This document shows positions 49,192 through 58,782 of a stretch of 64,000 nt of DNA, one piece after another. Origin of the DNA: Eubacteriales bacterium (lineage in GTDB: Bacteria; Bacillota; Clostridia; Oscillospirales; CAG-272); contig JAZNND010000038.1 in the NCBI GenBank assembly GCA_045580085.1, positions 38,410 to 102,409 of the forward strand, written 5' to 3'. The notes under the pieces are model-generated. The model saw only the letters and a program-made list of their open reading frames with translations. It was not told the DNA's origin and did not search any database. Made by a program: the position numbers and the translations under genes. Within the stretch, counting starts at the first letter, position 1, and the number at the start of each line of letters is the position of its first letter.

Positions 49192-51303
49192 ATGTTTGAA
49201 AACTACAAAGTGTTTGAATACACCTATGCGGGCCGTCCTCTGAAGATCGAGGTCGGTAAGGTTGCCGGCCTTGCCAACGGTTCTTGCATGATCTCTTATG
49301 GCGAGACTGTGATCCTCGCTTGCGCTACCGCCTCTGCCGCACCCCGTGACGGCATTGACTTTCTCCCTTTGTCGGTAGACTATGATGAAAAGATGTATGC
49401 TGTCGGCAAAATTCCCGGCGGCTATCTCAAGAGAGAGGGTAAACCCTCCGAAAAAGCGATCCTCACCAGCCGTGTGATTGACCGTCCTGTTCGCCCCTTG
49501 TTCCCCAAGGATCTGCGTAATGATGTCGCTTTGTCTTTGACTGTTATGTCTGTGGATCCCGATTGCTCTCCCGAGATCACCGCTATGATCGGTGCTTCTG
49601 TGGCTCTGTCTATCTCCGATATTCCGTGGAACGGTCCTATCGGCGGTGCGTTCATGGGCTTGGTTGACGGCGAGATTGTAGTCAACCCCACCGCAGAACA
49701 GCGTGCTAAGAGCGATCTTGAGCTGACGGTTGCTGCTTCGATGGGCAAAGTCGTTATGATTGAGGCAGGCGCAAACGAGGTGGACGATGACACCATGTAT
49801 AACGCCATCATGAAGGCACATGAGGTCATTAAGGATCTTCTCGGCTTCATCAACGGCATCATTGCCGAGGTTGGCAAGCCCAAGTTTGATTATCCCTCTT
49901 GCGAGCTTGATCACGATATGTTCGATGAAATCTTCGCGTATTGTGAGAAGGACGTTATGTTTGCTCTCGATACCGACGATAAGACGGTACGTGACGCAAG
50001 ACTCCAACCCATTGTGGAGCGCATCGCGGCAGAGTTTGGCGAAAAGTATCCCGATCTTTCGGTACAGCTTCCCGAACTCATCTATAAGATTCAAAAGAAG
50101 ATTGTTCGCCGTTGGCTGATCAATGACAAAAAGCGCGTTGACGGTCGTCGTATGGACGAGATCCGTCCCCTCGCGGCAGAGGTTGGACTTCTTCCCCGCG
50201 CACACGGTACCGGACTCTTCACCCGCGGTCAGACGCAGGTGCTCACCGTGGCTACCCTCGGCACTCTTTCCGAGGCACAGAAGCTGGACGGTCTTGACGA
50301 AGAGGACTCCAAGCGTTATATGCACCACTATAACATGCCCGGTTATTCCACCGGTGAGGCAAAGGCTATGCGTAGCCCCGGCCGTCGTGAGATCGGTCAC
50401 GGTGCGCTTGCAGAGCGTTCGCTCGTTCCCGTCCTTCCTTCCGAGGAGGAATTCCCCTATGCCATTCGTCTCGTTTCCGAGGTTGTATCTTCCAACGGTT
50501 CTACCTCTCAAGCTTCCGTTTGCGGTTCTACGCTCGCATTGATGGATGCAGGTGTTCCGATCAAGGCACCCGTTGCGGGTATTTCTTGCGGTTTGATCAC
50601 CGAGGATGACGGCAGCTGGACCACTATGATCGACATTCAAGGTCTTGAGGACTTCTATGGCGATATGGACTTCAAGGTAGCCGGTACGCATAAGGGTATT
50701 ACTTCCATTCAAATGGACCTGAAGATCGACGGTTTGACGCCCGAGATCATTCGCGCTGCTCTTGAAACTACACACAAGGGCCGTGATTATATCATCGATG
50801 ATATCATTTTGAAGGCCATTGAGGCTCCTCGCGCAGAGGTTTCGAAGTATGCGCCCAAGATGATCAGCATGCAGATCGATCCCGAGAAGATCCGTGAGGT
50901 TATCGGTTCGGGCGGAAAGGTTATCCAGAAGATCGTTGCCGAGACAGGCGCGAAGATCGATATTGAGGATGACGGTTCTGTATTCATTGCGGCTGTTGAC
51001 CGTGACAGTGCGGAGCGTGCAAAAACTATCATTGATGCGATTGTATTTGAGCCTGTGGTTGGCGAAACGTATGAGGGCATTGTTACCCGTATCGTCACCT
51101 CGAAGGATGATCCCAACTCGCAGATCGGTTGTATCGTTGAATACGCACCCGGTAAGGATACGCTCGTTCACATTTCTAAGCTTCAAAACAAGCGCACCGA
51201 AAAGGTTACCGATGTTTGCAATATCGGCGACAAGGTTCGTGTGAAGTATATGGGCATCGACAAAAAGGGAAGAGAAGACTTCTCTATGAAGGATGCAGAT
51301 TGA
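49192..51303 (+). CDS. pnp: Polyribonucleotide nucleotidyltransferase (PNPase)
   Basis: It has two RNase PH domains, a KH domain and an S1 domain. The start ATG is at 49192, after AAAGGAAGGA. Confidence 0.95.
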   Translation: MFENYKVFEYTYAGRPLKIEVGKVAGLANGSCMISYGETVILACATASAAPRDGIDFLPLSVDYDEKMYAVGKIPGGYLKREGKPSEKAILTSRVIDRPVRPLFPKDLRNDVALSLTVMSVDPDCSPEITAMIGASVALSISDIPWNGPIGGAFMGLVDGEIVVNPTAEQRAKSDLELTVAASMGKVVMIEAGANEVDDDTMYNAIMKAHEVIKDLLGFINGIIAEVGKPKFDYPSCELDHDMFDEIFAYCEKDVMFALDTDDKTVRDARLQPIVERIAAEFGEKYPDLSVQLPELIYKIQKKIVRRWLINDKKRVDGRRMDEIRPLAAEVGLLPRAHGTGLFTRGQTQVLTVATLGTLSEAQKLDGLDEEDSKRYMHHYNMPGYSTGEAKAMRSPGRREIGHGALAERSLVPVLPSEEEFPYAIRLVSEVVSSNGSTSQASVCGSTLALMDAGVPIKAPVAGISCGLITEDDGSWTTMIDIQGLEDFYGDMDFKVAGTHKGITSIQMDLKIDGLTPEIIRAALETTHKGRDYIIDDIILKAIEAPRAEVSKYAPKMISMQIDPEKIREVIGSGGKVIQKIVAETGAKIDIEDDGSVFIAAVDRDSAERAKTIIDAIVFEPVVGETYEGIVTRIVTSKDDPNSQIGCIVEYAPGKDTLVHISKLQNKRTEKVTDVCNIGDKVRVKYMGIDKKGREDFSMKDAD

Positions 51304-51318
51304 TATCTAAAAATTTAG

Positions 51319-51354
51319 GCACCTTTGAAAGCTAAGCTTTCAAAGGTGCTTTTT
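51319..51354. terminator. Bidirectional terminator
   Basis: A 14-bp stem GCACCTTTGAAAGC / GCTTTCAAAGGTGC followed by TTTTT. Confidence 0.8.
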
Positions 51355-51359
51355 GTAAT

Positions 51360-52175
51360 TTACTTCTCACGATTGCCTTTTTCGGCACTCTTTTGCGTTG
51401 CAAGGCGGTATTTTTTCGCCGTGAGCCCCGTTTTTTCTTTGAAGACCTGACAAAAATAAGAGAGGCAGGAAAAGCCGCATTCCTCGGCAATTCGGCTGAC
51501 GGTCAGGCTGCTTTCCGCTAACATACTGCGCGCGGCGGCAAGGCGGGTGCTTAAAAGATATTCCATCACCGTCACCCCCATCGCCTCCTTGAAAATGCGG
51601 CAAAAATAATACTTGCTGGTGTGGATATAGGCGCAAATATCGTCTAACGTGATGTCCTCCTTATAGCGGCGGTTGACGTAATCCAGCGCGCGCGAAAGTG
51701 CGCCTCGCGGGGTGGGAAGCATGACAGCGGCATACTCCTTGACGGCAATCATCAAGCGCAAAAAGCAAGACGAGAAACGCTCGGGCATATTTTGCTCGCG
51801 TGCATCCTTAGCTTCTGCAAACAGAGCGTCTATTTCTTCCCGCGCCGCTTCGGGTACATGTGCGAAAACAACGTTGTTTTGCGAGAACAGGCGAAAAAAA
51901 TCCGAGGAAGCGGGTACGAGGGAAAGCAGTGCGCTCTTCTGCGCATCCGGTAAATAAATCTTACTTCTTTCGTAGAGAGAGGGGGCAGAGGGCATGGTGT
52001 AGTGAAGCTTGCCCGATGCAATAAAGCAAAGCGTGCCGCGCTCAATGGGATAGACACCGTCTTGAAAAACGATACTGCCCCCCTCCGAATAGGTGTATAT
52101 GACGGTGTTGGCGTCGGTAAAATGCCAAAGCTTATAATGCTCGTCGCGCCCTTTTTCGTGATAAGAAATCTCCAT
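51360..52175 (-). CDS. AraC family transcriptional regulator
   Basis: It has a cupin-like N-terminal half and a C-terminal double HTH (SRIAEECGFSCLSYFCQVFKEKTGLTAKKYR). It is divergent from the BNR gene. Confidence 0.85.
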   Translation of the reverse strand: MEISYHEKGRDEHYKLWHFTDANTVIYTYSEGGSIVFQDGVYPIERGTLCFIASGKLHYTMPSAPSLYERSKIYLPDAQKSALLSLVPASSDFFRLFSQNNVVFAHVPEAAREEIDALFAEAKDAREQNMPERFSSCFLRLMIAVKEYAAVMLPTPRGALSRALDYVNRRYKEDITLDDICAYIHTSKYYFCRIFKEAMGVTVMEYLLSTRLAAARSMLAESSLTVSRIAEECGFSCLSYFCQVFKEKTGLTAKKYRLATQKSAEKGNREK

Positions 52176-52281
52176 AGCCTTTCCTCCTTTTGCTTCAGTA
52201 TAGCATCCATAAACAAAAAAAGCAACAAAACTAAAAAAATAAGCAATATAAATCTATTTTTTTAGTACATTTTTTGTTACA

Positions 52282-53418
52282 ATGAAGAAAAAACAGAGAA
52301 AGGCACTTGCTATGAAGGTCATTTCCTCTTCTATTATTTATGAAAATCCTTTGCCACAGCTTTGCAGTAAGCAAAGCTTTTTCCCCTTTCTGGCTGAGCG
52401 AAGGGACGGCACTGTTCTTGCCTCGGTTGTCATCGGGCAAGCGTTTGAAAGCGTGGACAGTACCACTTGTCTCTCGATAAGTAGCGACGGCGGAAAAAGC
52501 TGGGGCGTTCCCCGTCCCATGATTGACTGGAAGGGGGAGGAGGGACGCCTTACCGACTATGCCAAGATTACCGCCCTCCCCGATGGGCGCATTGCGGCGA
52601 TGGGCTATACCTATCTGCGTGACAACCCCTCACTTCCAATTGGCAATCCCCGGAACGGCGGTGTGCTCGACGATTTTGTTTTTTGTGCGGTGTCAAGCGA
52701 CGGCGGCGAGAGCTTTGGCGAGGTGCAAAAAATTCCCTGTGCCTGGGGACCTCATGTGGAGGCATCCGCGCCCATCACGGTCTTGCGGGATGGCACGTGG
52801 ATTACCCCCATTACGGGCTTTCCTGATTGGGAGGGTAGGATGCACGGTAAGCTTTGCGGCCGTGCGCTCGTTTCTCACGATGAGGGCAAAAGTTGGGATG
52901 ACGGAAGTATTTGCATGGACTTTGGAGACAGAGAAGTGACCTGCTACGAGCAGAGAATGTGTTCTCTTTCCTCGGGTACCGTTGTTTGCATCGGATGGAA
53001 TGAGGATGTTGCGACGGGCGAACGCCTTGATAATCATTATACCCTCTCCCGCGATGGCGGCAAGACCTGGTCCAAGCCCCAAAGCACGGGCGTGAGAGGG
53101 CAGGCGTCGTCGGTTTGCGCCATAGGCGGAGAAAAACTTCTTGCGCTTCACGCGGTGCGCCGCGACACCGACCGCCCCGGGGTATACGCCTACGTGATCG
53201 ATCTTTCGGACGGTACGTGGAAGGTGGTCGACGAGGCTCTTGTCTGGGCACCCAAAACTCCCGTCGCAAAGGATACGAAAATGGCGGAGATCTTTTCCTT
53301 CCTCAAGTTCGGTCAGCCGGGCGCGATTCTTCTCTCGGACGGAGATCTGCTCATGTCGCATTGGTACGCCGAGGAGGGACAGTACAAAACGGTAGCCACC
53401 CGCATTTCTCTTTCCTAA
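52282..53418 (+). CDS. BNR/Asp-box repeat protein (sialidase-like beta-propeller), no signal peptide
   Basis: There are four Asp-boxes: SSDGGKSW, SSDGGESF, SHDEGKSW, SRDGGKTW. An alternative start is the ATG at 52312. Confidence 0.7.
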   Translation: MKKKQRKALAMKVISSSIIYENPLPQLCSKQSFFPFLAERRDGTVLASVVIGQAFESVDSTTCLSISSDGGKSWGVPRPMIDWKGEEGRLTDYAKITALPDGRIAAMGYTYLRDNPSLPIGNPRNGGVLDDFVFCAVSSDGGESFGEVQKIPCAWGPHVEASAPITVLRDGTWITPITGFPDWEGRMHGKLCGRALVSHDEGKSWDDGSICMDFGDREVTCYEQRMCSLSSGTVVCIGWNEDVATGERLDNHYTLSRDGGKTWSKPQSTGVRGQASSVCAIGGEKLLALHAVRRDTDRPGVYAYVIDLSDGTWKVVDEALVWAPKTPVAKDTKMAEIFSFLKFGQPGAILLSDGDLLMSHWYAEEGQYKTVATRISLS

Positions 53419-53433
53419 ACAAAACCGCTTCAA

Positions 53434-53489
53434 AGGGGCTGCTTCACTTGTCGTGAAGCACCGAAAAACAACCTAAAGCAGTTGTTTTT
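53434..53489 (+). repeat. 56-nt two-hairpin 3'-UTR element, copy B
   Basis: It matches 25594-25649. It begins 16 nt after the BNR gene stop. Its hairpins are TGCTTCAC-TTGTC-GTGAAGCA and AAAAACAAC-CTAAAGCA-GTTGTTTTT. Confidence 0.8.
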
Positions 53490-53510
53490 CTGCCCATTTT
53501 TAACGAAAAC

Positions 53511-53542
53511 GGGCTGTCTCTGATGAGACAGCCCATGTTTTT
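53511..53542. terminator. Bidirectional terminator
   Basis: GGGCTGTCTC-TGAT-GAGACAGCCC with T-rich flanks on both strands. Confidence 0.7.
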
Positions 53543-53554
53543 TATATGGTGAAA

Positions 53555-55198
53555 TTATTTATATTCGGCAAGCTTTTCAAATTTGGTTTTCTTTGCAGTG
53601 CCGTACAGTGCAGTGGTTTCATCATCAACCCTCTGCGAATAATACGTTGCCGTTGTTCTGATATAGCAAGAATTTACATCATCCGCGACCTTAACCTTTT
53701 CACTGCCGCCACGGCTGGAGTAAAGGGTGCCGGTGTATTTGGTCTCAGAACGGTCGGCTACGAACAAGCAATAATCGTCATATGTCATATAGAGAGAATT
53801 GACATCGTCGGCAATCTTCTTGGGATCGCTTGTTTTCTTGGCGTAATAGAGCGTTTTTTCTGTATTATCACCGGTGCCGGTCTCTTCGATGAAATAGCAA
53901 GCTTTGCCGTCGGAGGTCATTTCAAAATCGTAAACATCATCAGCGATCTCTTCCGCATCTGCTTTATAATTCTTCATGCGGAACAGCTCATCGTTGCTGT
54001 TCAAATAATAGATAACACCGCCGTCAAGCGAGGTGTCGAAGCTTTCAACATCGTCAGCAACTTCGATTTTTTCAAGCTTGCTGTCGAGGTAATAAAGCTT
54101 TCTCTTTTCATTTTGTTCGGTCTTTCCGGTTGTGAACAGGGTTTTCTCAAAGGTCTTGATGGGGAGTACAACGGAATCACCGTTTTCGAAGGAGTTGTTC
54201 ATAATATCGTACGAGCCCAACCCCGAGATGCCCTTGGAGCTGATCTTTACTTTTTCATTTCCGTCTTGAGAAATGTAGACATCTCTGTTGGAATAGAACA
54301 AAATCTCGGTATGGTCGATATTAAAGATAACATCTCCCGTAGCTCCACTGATGATTTTGGTGGCTTCTTCCTTTTTATAGACGTAGATGGAAGAATCTTC
54401 TTTCACATAGTAATAAACCAGCTTTGCCTTGTTGGAAAGACCTAAGGGCAGAGCATCGGACTTGATCTTGGTTTTCTCACCGTTGACAGTAACATACAAA
54501 GAATAGCCATCGTCTTTGCCCTCAGCAAATGCAATGGATTTTCCGTCCGGAGAGAGGCAGTATTCGCCATAGAGCTCGTCGGTGATCTTTTCCGCTTTTT
54601 CCTTCTTGGCGTTGAAGAGCATCAATGCGCCTTCGCCATCCTCCTCGATGGTGGTGTAGGCAACGGAAGCACCGCTGTCCGCCAAGCCAAAGGAACCGAC
54701 TTTGTCGCTTACCTTGATGAGATCTTTGCCGTCGAACAGATAGAGAATGCGATCTTCCGTATCGGTAAGAATGGCCGCAACCTTGCCGTCGATAGAGCAA
54801 GAATAGGTGTAGTAATCGCCGTCGATGGTTGTTTCGATTTTTTTGCCGTCAACGAAAATAAGAGTTTTTTCTTTTTCTTCGTCGTATCTCAGCATGATGG
54901 ATCTCTCGGGAGCGACATAATTGTTGCCCTTGGGCCAGATGCAAACAACGGCGATCAAAAGAATGATCGCGGCAATAGCACCGAAAATGAAAGGCTTCAA
55001 AGAAGCAAGATTCCATTTTTTTGCGGGTTGTTCCGCGGGTGTTTCGGGAGCATCGGTGTCGGCATTTTCGCTGCTATCGGCAACGTTTTCCGGCATGGGA
55101 GTGGTTTCCTCTGCCGTCTCATCGGCGCGAATCTCTTCCGCTTCTTGGGGAATAGGATTCTCTTGAGGATTTTCTAAGGGATTCTGATTGTTATCCAT
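53555..55198 (-). CDS. Membrane-anchored repeat protein (DUF5050/TolB-like propeller guess)
   Basis: It has an acidic N-terminal tail and one TM helix (IFGAIAAIILLIAVVCIW). An extracytoplasmic region has a recurring LYY...(I/V)ADDV unit. Confidence 0.4.
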   Translation of the reverse strand: MDNNQNPLENPQENPIPQEAEEIRADETAEETTPMPENVADSSENADTDAPETPAEQPAKKWNLASLKPFIFGAIAAIILLIAVVCIWPKGNNYVAPERSIMLRYDEEKEKTLIFVDGKKIETTIDGDYYTYSCSIDGKVAAILTDTEDRILYLFDGKDLIKVSDKVGSFGLADSGASVAYTTIEEDGEGALMLFNAKKEKAEKITDELYGEYCLSPDGKSIAFAEGKDDGYSLYVTVNGEKTKIKSDALPLGLSNKAKLVYYYVKEDSSIYVYKKEEATKIISGATGDVIFNIDHTEILFYSNRDVYISQDGNEKVKISSKGISGLGSYDIMNNSFENGDSVVLPIKTFEKTLFTTGKTEQNEKRKLYYLDSKLEKIEVADDVESFDTSLDGGVIYYLNSNDELFRMKNYKADAEEIADDVYDFEMTSDGKACYFIEETGTGDNTEKTLYYAKKTSDPKKIADDVNSLYMTYDDYCLFVADRSETKYTGTLYSSRGGSEKVKVADDVNSCYIRTTATYYSQRVDDETTALYGTAKKTKFEKLAEYK

Positions 55199-55373
55199 GA
55201 TTCGTTCCTTTCTCAGATATTAGATAATAATGATATGCACCATGGTATAGAATGCATACATACATCATATCACAAACAAATGAAAAAGTCAATAAAATGT
55301 AGAATAAAAGTGATAAAATTGTTAAAAGAATGTTTTTTGTTTCTTTTTGACACAATAAAAAAGAGAGATTTTT

Positions 55374-55943
55374 TTATTCTTTTTCTTTCTTTTTGAAATC
55401 ATAACGAAACATAGAGATGAGAATGGAAACCATAGAGAGAAGATCCCCGATGCAAGAGCCGAAGGCACCGCTTATAAGGTTATACGCAAACCAAAAAGGC
55501 GAGCCCAAGAGCGAGACGCGGCGAATCTTTTTTTCATCGTCCATCCAAAAGGCACTTGTGTGCAAAAGAACGCCTGCGATGGGCAAAAGTCCGATGGCAC
55601 CCTTTAAAGAGAAGGGCGAAACCCCTTGTGCCTGGGTACTTATAACGACGGTGGCAAGCCCGAGTGCGACGATGATGAGATCGATTCCGATGAGAAACAG
55701 GCGGAAGTGCTTTTTGATGAAGGAGGTGTTTTTCTTTTGTGCCAGCACCGAGGAGACAGCGCCCGCCACATCAAGCACGGCTCCCTCAAAAGCACCGAGC
55801 AGAATATACTGTAAAATGTAAAGACATCTTGACGTGACATTGAAGCCAATGATATTTGCCCGCTTTTTTTGTAAATAGCTGAGCAAAAAGAGCACAACTG
55901 CCGCAATGCCGATGACTTGCGCGATGATTTCGATAGGTTTCAT
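55374..55943 (-). CDS. YgjV-family inner membrane protein
   Basis: It is a 189-aa multi-TM protein. The N-terminal pattern IIAQVIGIAAVVLFLLSYLQKKR fits my memory of YgjV. Confidence 0.5.
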   Translation of the reverse strand: MKPIEIIAQVIGIAAVVLFLLSYLQKKRANIIGFNVTSRCLYILQYILLGAFEGAVLDVAGAVSSVLAQKKNTSFIKKHFRLFLIGIDLIIVALGLATVVISTQAQGVSPFSLKGAIGLLPIAGVLLHTSAFWMDDEKKIRRVSLLGSPFWFAYNLISGAFGSCIGDLLSMVSILISMFRYDFKKKEKE

Positions 55944-55973
55944 GAAAACAACCTCGTTATACTAATATTATGC

Positions 55974-57854
55974 TTAAATTTTGCCGAGTGTGATGAGTAA
56001 AACGCTGATATCGGCAGGATTTACACCGCTTATACGGGATGCCTGACCGATGCTTGCGGGGCGCACGGCGGAGAGCTTTTGTATGGCCTCTAAGCGTAAA
56101 CCTTTGATGCTTGTGTAGTCGATATCCGCGGGAAGCTTATATTCTTCCAATCGTTTTTGCTTTTCGATCTCGCTTTTCTGACGGCGGAGATAACCTTCGT
56201 ATTTGATTTCAATTTCCGCGGTTTCTTTCACACTGCGCGAAAGAACGGGGCGGTTTTGATCGATGGGAGAAAGCACGTCGTAGGAGAGCTCCGGTCGGCG
56301 CAAAAGATCGCTTAAGCGCATGCCGCTGTTTAACGGTGCGGAAGAAAGGGAGGTGAGAAGCGCGTTGACCTCGTCGGAGGGGGGGATGACGGTTTTGGAA
56401 GCACGCGCGATCTCCTCTTCGATGGCATGTTTTCTTTCCAAAAAGGCGGCATAGCGTTCTTCGCTCAAAAGCCCGACGCGGTGCCCCATTTCGGAAAGGC
56501 GCAGATCAGCATTGTCTTGGCGAAGTAAGAGCCTGTATTCCGAGCGTGAAGTCATAATGCGGTAGGGCTCGCGGGTGCCTTTGGTAACGAGATCGTCGAT
56601 CATGGTGCCGATGTAGGAAGAATCTCGAGAGAGGATCAGGGGCTCTTCGTTTTTTAAAGAGAGTGCGGCGTTGATTCCTGCGACAAGACCTTGTGCCGCC
56701 GCTTCTTCGTAACCCGATGTGCCGTTGAACTGCCCGGCACCGTAAAGCCCTTTGATCTTTTTAAATGCAAGGGTGGGATACAGCTCTAGCGGATCGGTGC
56801 AGTCATATTCGATCGCGTAAGCGTAACGCATAATTTCGGCGTTTTCAAAGCCGGGGAGCGAATGCAAAAGTGCTTTTTGTACATCGGTCGGCATGGAGGT
56901 TGAAAAGCCTTGCATATACATTTCTTCGGTGTCCGCGCCGCAAGGCTCTACGAAGAGCTGGTGACGCTCCTTGTCCGCAAAGCGCACGATTTTATCCTCA
57001 ATGGAAGGGCAGTAACGCGGACCTGTGCCGTGAATATTACCCGAGAAGAGTGCGGAGCGTTTGAGGTTTTCGTGAATGATGCGGTGGGTGTTTGCGTTGG
57101 TATAAACTATGTGACAGGGGATTTGAGAGATGCGGTTGAGTTCGCTTTCGTCGGTTTCCACCGAGAAAGGCACGATATATTCTTCTCCCGCCTGTTCCTC
57201 CAAGCGAGAAAAATCAATGCTTCTTTTAGCAACACGCGCGGGCGTTCCCGTTTTGAAACGCATGATATGGATGCCCGCGTCTTTCAAAGATGCCGAAAGC
57301 CCCACAGCACCCATGAGCCCATCGGGACCGGCAGGATACGTGACATCCCCCACAAAAATCGCGGAATCAAGATAGGTGCCGCTGGCAATGATCACGCGCT
57401 CTGCCGAAAAGGTCTCTCCGAGTGCGGTTTTGACACCGGTTACATATTTTTCGCCATCCTTTTCTTCCGTTACGATGGCGGTGATCTCGGCTTGGATTAA
57501 GCGAAGATTGGGAGTGTTTTCGACGGTTTTCTTCATGATGGCGCGGTAAAGCATTCTGTCAGCCTGTACGCGCTTGGAATGAACGGCGGCACCTTTCCCG
57601 AGATTGAGGGTGCGGGATTGCAGGGTGACGGCATCCGCCGCTTTGCCCATTTCACCGCCCAAAGCGTCGATCTCATATACAAGGTGCCCTTTCCCCGTGC
57701 CGCCGATGGAGGGGTTGCAGGGGAGATTGGCGAGAGAGTCGAGGTTCATGGTGAAAAGAACGGTGTTCATTCCCATACGGGCGGCGGCGAGTGCAGCTTC
57801 AATGCCGGCGTGCCCTGCGCCGACTACCGCCACTTGTGCTTTTTCTTGTGTCAT
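55974..57854 (-). CDS. mnmG: tRNA uridine 5-carboxymethylaminomethyl modification enzyme MnmG (GidA)
   Basis: FAD motif VVGAGHAGIEAALAAARMG, and conserved MnmG blocks throughout. Confidence 0.95.
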   Translation of the reverse strand: MTQEKAQVAVVGAGHAGIEAALAAARMGMNTVLFTMNLDSLANLPCNPSIGGTGKGHLVYEIDALGGEMGKAADAVTLQSRTLNLGKGAAVHSKRVQADRMLYRAIMKKTVENTPNLRLIQAEITAIVTEEKDGEKYVTGVKTALGETFSAERVIIASGTYLDSAIFVGDVTYPAGPDGLMGAVGLSASLKDAGIHIMRFKTGTPARVAKRSIDFSRLEEQAGEEYIVPFSVETDESELNRISQIPCHIVYTNANTHRIIHENLKRSALFSGNIHGTGPRYCPSIEDKIVRFADKERHQLFVEPCGADTEEMYMQGFSTSMPTDVQKALLHSLPGFENAEIMRYAYAIEYDCTDPLELYPTLAFKKIKGLYGAGQFNGTSGYEEAAAQGLVAGINAALSLKNEEPLILSRDSSYIGTMIDDLVTKGTREPYRIMTSRSEYRLLLRQDNADLRLSEMGHRVGLLSEERYAAFLERKHAIEEEIARASKTVIPPSDEVNALLTSLSSAPLNSGMRLSDLLRRPELSYDVLSPIDQNRPVLSRSVKETAEIEIKYEGYLRRQKSEIEKQKRLEEYKLPADIDYTSIKGLRLEAIQKLSAVRPASIGQASRISGVNPADISVLLITLGKI

Positions 57855-58026
57855 TACGTCCTCTCTCTTTCTTTGAAAAAATCTTACCGTATTATTTTAG
57901 CACAATGCGCGTAATTTTGCAACACCTATTTTCTTTCCTATGCCTTTTTTTCCGACAAAAGGAAAGGATAGCAAAAAAAATATAAGCAACATAATATTAA
58001 TAGAGCAAATAAATAGCAAAAGTATA

Positions 58027-58055
58027 TTGCTTTTTTGATATAATTGTGCTATAAT
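58027..58055 (+). promoter_or_regulatory. Sigma-A type promoter for the LbH-glmM-glmS operon
   Basis: TTGCTT (58027-58032), a 17-nt spacer ending in TGC, then TATAAT (58050-58055). Confidence 0.5.
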
Positions 58056-58098
58056 GCTTATATGATATTCTACATAATCATAAAAAGACGAGGTATTT

Positions 58099-58764
58099 AT
58101 GCTTAAAATTCAAGAACTCTTTGATCTTTCACACACGCTTGCGAAAGAGTATTTGTCCTCTTTTACATATCCTTATGAAGCACTCAGCGGCATCAAGGGG
58201 TTGATTGCATCTTTGGGAGAAACCCTTCCGCGTGACCGTTATGATATGCCTGCCCCCCATGTTTGGGTGGCGAAGAGTGCCAAAGTGATGCCTTCCGCAT
58301 ATCTTGGAGAATATACCATCATCGGTGAAGAAACAGAGGTGCGTCACGGCGCCTTCATCCGCGGTGCGGCGTTGATTGGAGACGGGTGCGTGGTAGGCAA
58401 TTCCACCGAGATCAAAAATGCCATTTTGTTCGACGGTGTGCAAGTACCGCATTATAATTATGTCGGCGATTCTGTTTTGGGATACCGTTCGCATATGGGT
58501 GCGGGCAGTATTGCTTCCAATTTCCGTTCGGACAAAGGGAATATCCGTGTGCGTGACGGTGAAGAGGTTCTTGAAACGGGGCTTCGCAAGCTCGGTACGA
58601 TGCTTGGCGATTTCGCTGAGATCGGCTGCGGTTCGGTTTTAAGCCCGGGAAGCACGGTGGGTAGGCACAGCATTGTTTATCCGCTTTCCCACGTGCGCGG
58701 AACGGTGCCCGCACATCACATTCTCAAAGACGGCGGCGTGATTGTGCCCCGTGAAGAAAGATAA
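58099..58764 (+). CDS. Left-handed beta-helix (hexapeptide repeat) protein, GlmU C-terminal-like
   Basis: It has hexapeptide turns (IIGEETEVRHGAFIRGAALIGDGCVVGNSTEIKNAILFDGVQV...). It sits directly upstream of glmM. Confidence 0.55.
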   Translation: MLKIQELFDLSHTLAKEYLSSFTYPYEALSGIKGLIASLGETLPRDRYDMPAPHVWVAKSAKVMPSAYLGEYTIIGEETEVRHGAFIRGAALIGDGCVVGNSTEIKNAILFDGVQVPHYNYVGDSVLGYRSHMGAGSIASNFRSDKGNIRVRDGEEVLETGLRKLGTMLGDFAEIGCGSVLSPGSTVGRHSIVYPLSHVRGTVPAHHILKDGGVIVPREER

Positions 58765-58782
58765 GAAAGGTTTGGTATCAGC

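Noticed and set aside
49129-51186. A 685-aa minus-strand ORF antisense to pnp. Similar shadows lie opposite real genes at 13581-15158, 16045-17103, 20617-21816, 27256-28542, 34707-35642, 41932-43119, 43909-44826, 47145-48173 and 53546-54445.
   Set aside because: Each overlaps a confidently identified gene on the other strand and shows no recognisable motifs. These are shadow ORFs.
57855-58098. Searched for a glmS ribozyme upstream of the glm operon, and in the 11-nt glmM-glmS gap
   Set aside because: The region is AT-rich promoter DNA. I see no AGCGCC...GACGAGG-type ribozyme core. The GACGAGG at 58087 is simply the SD.
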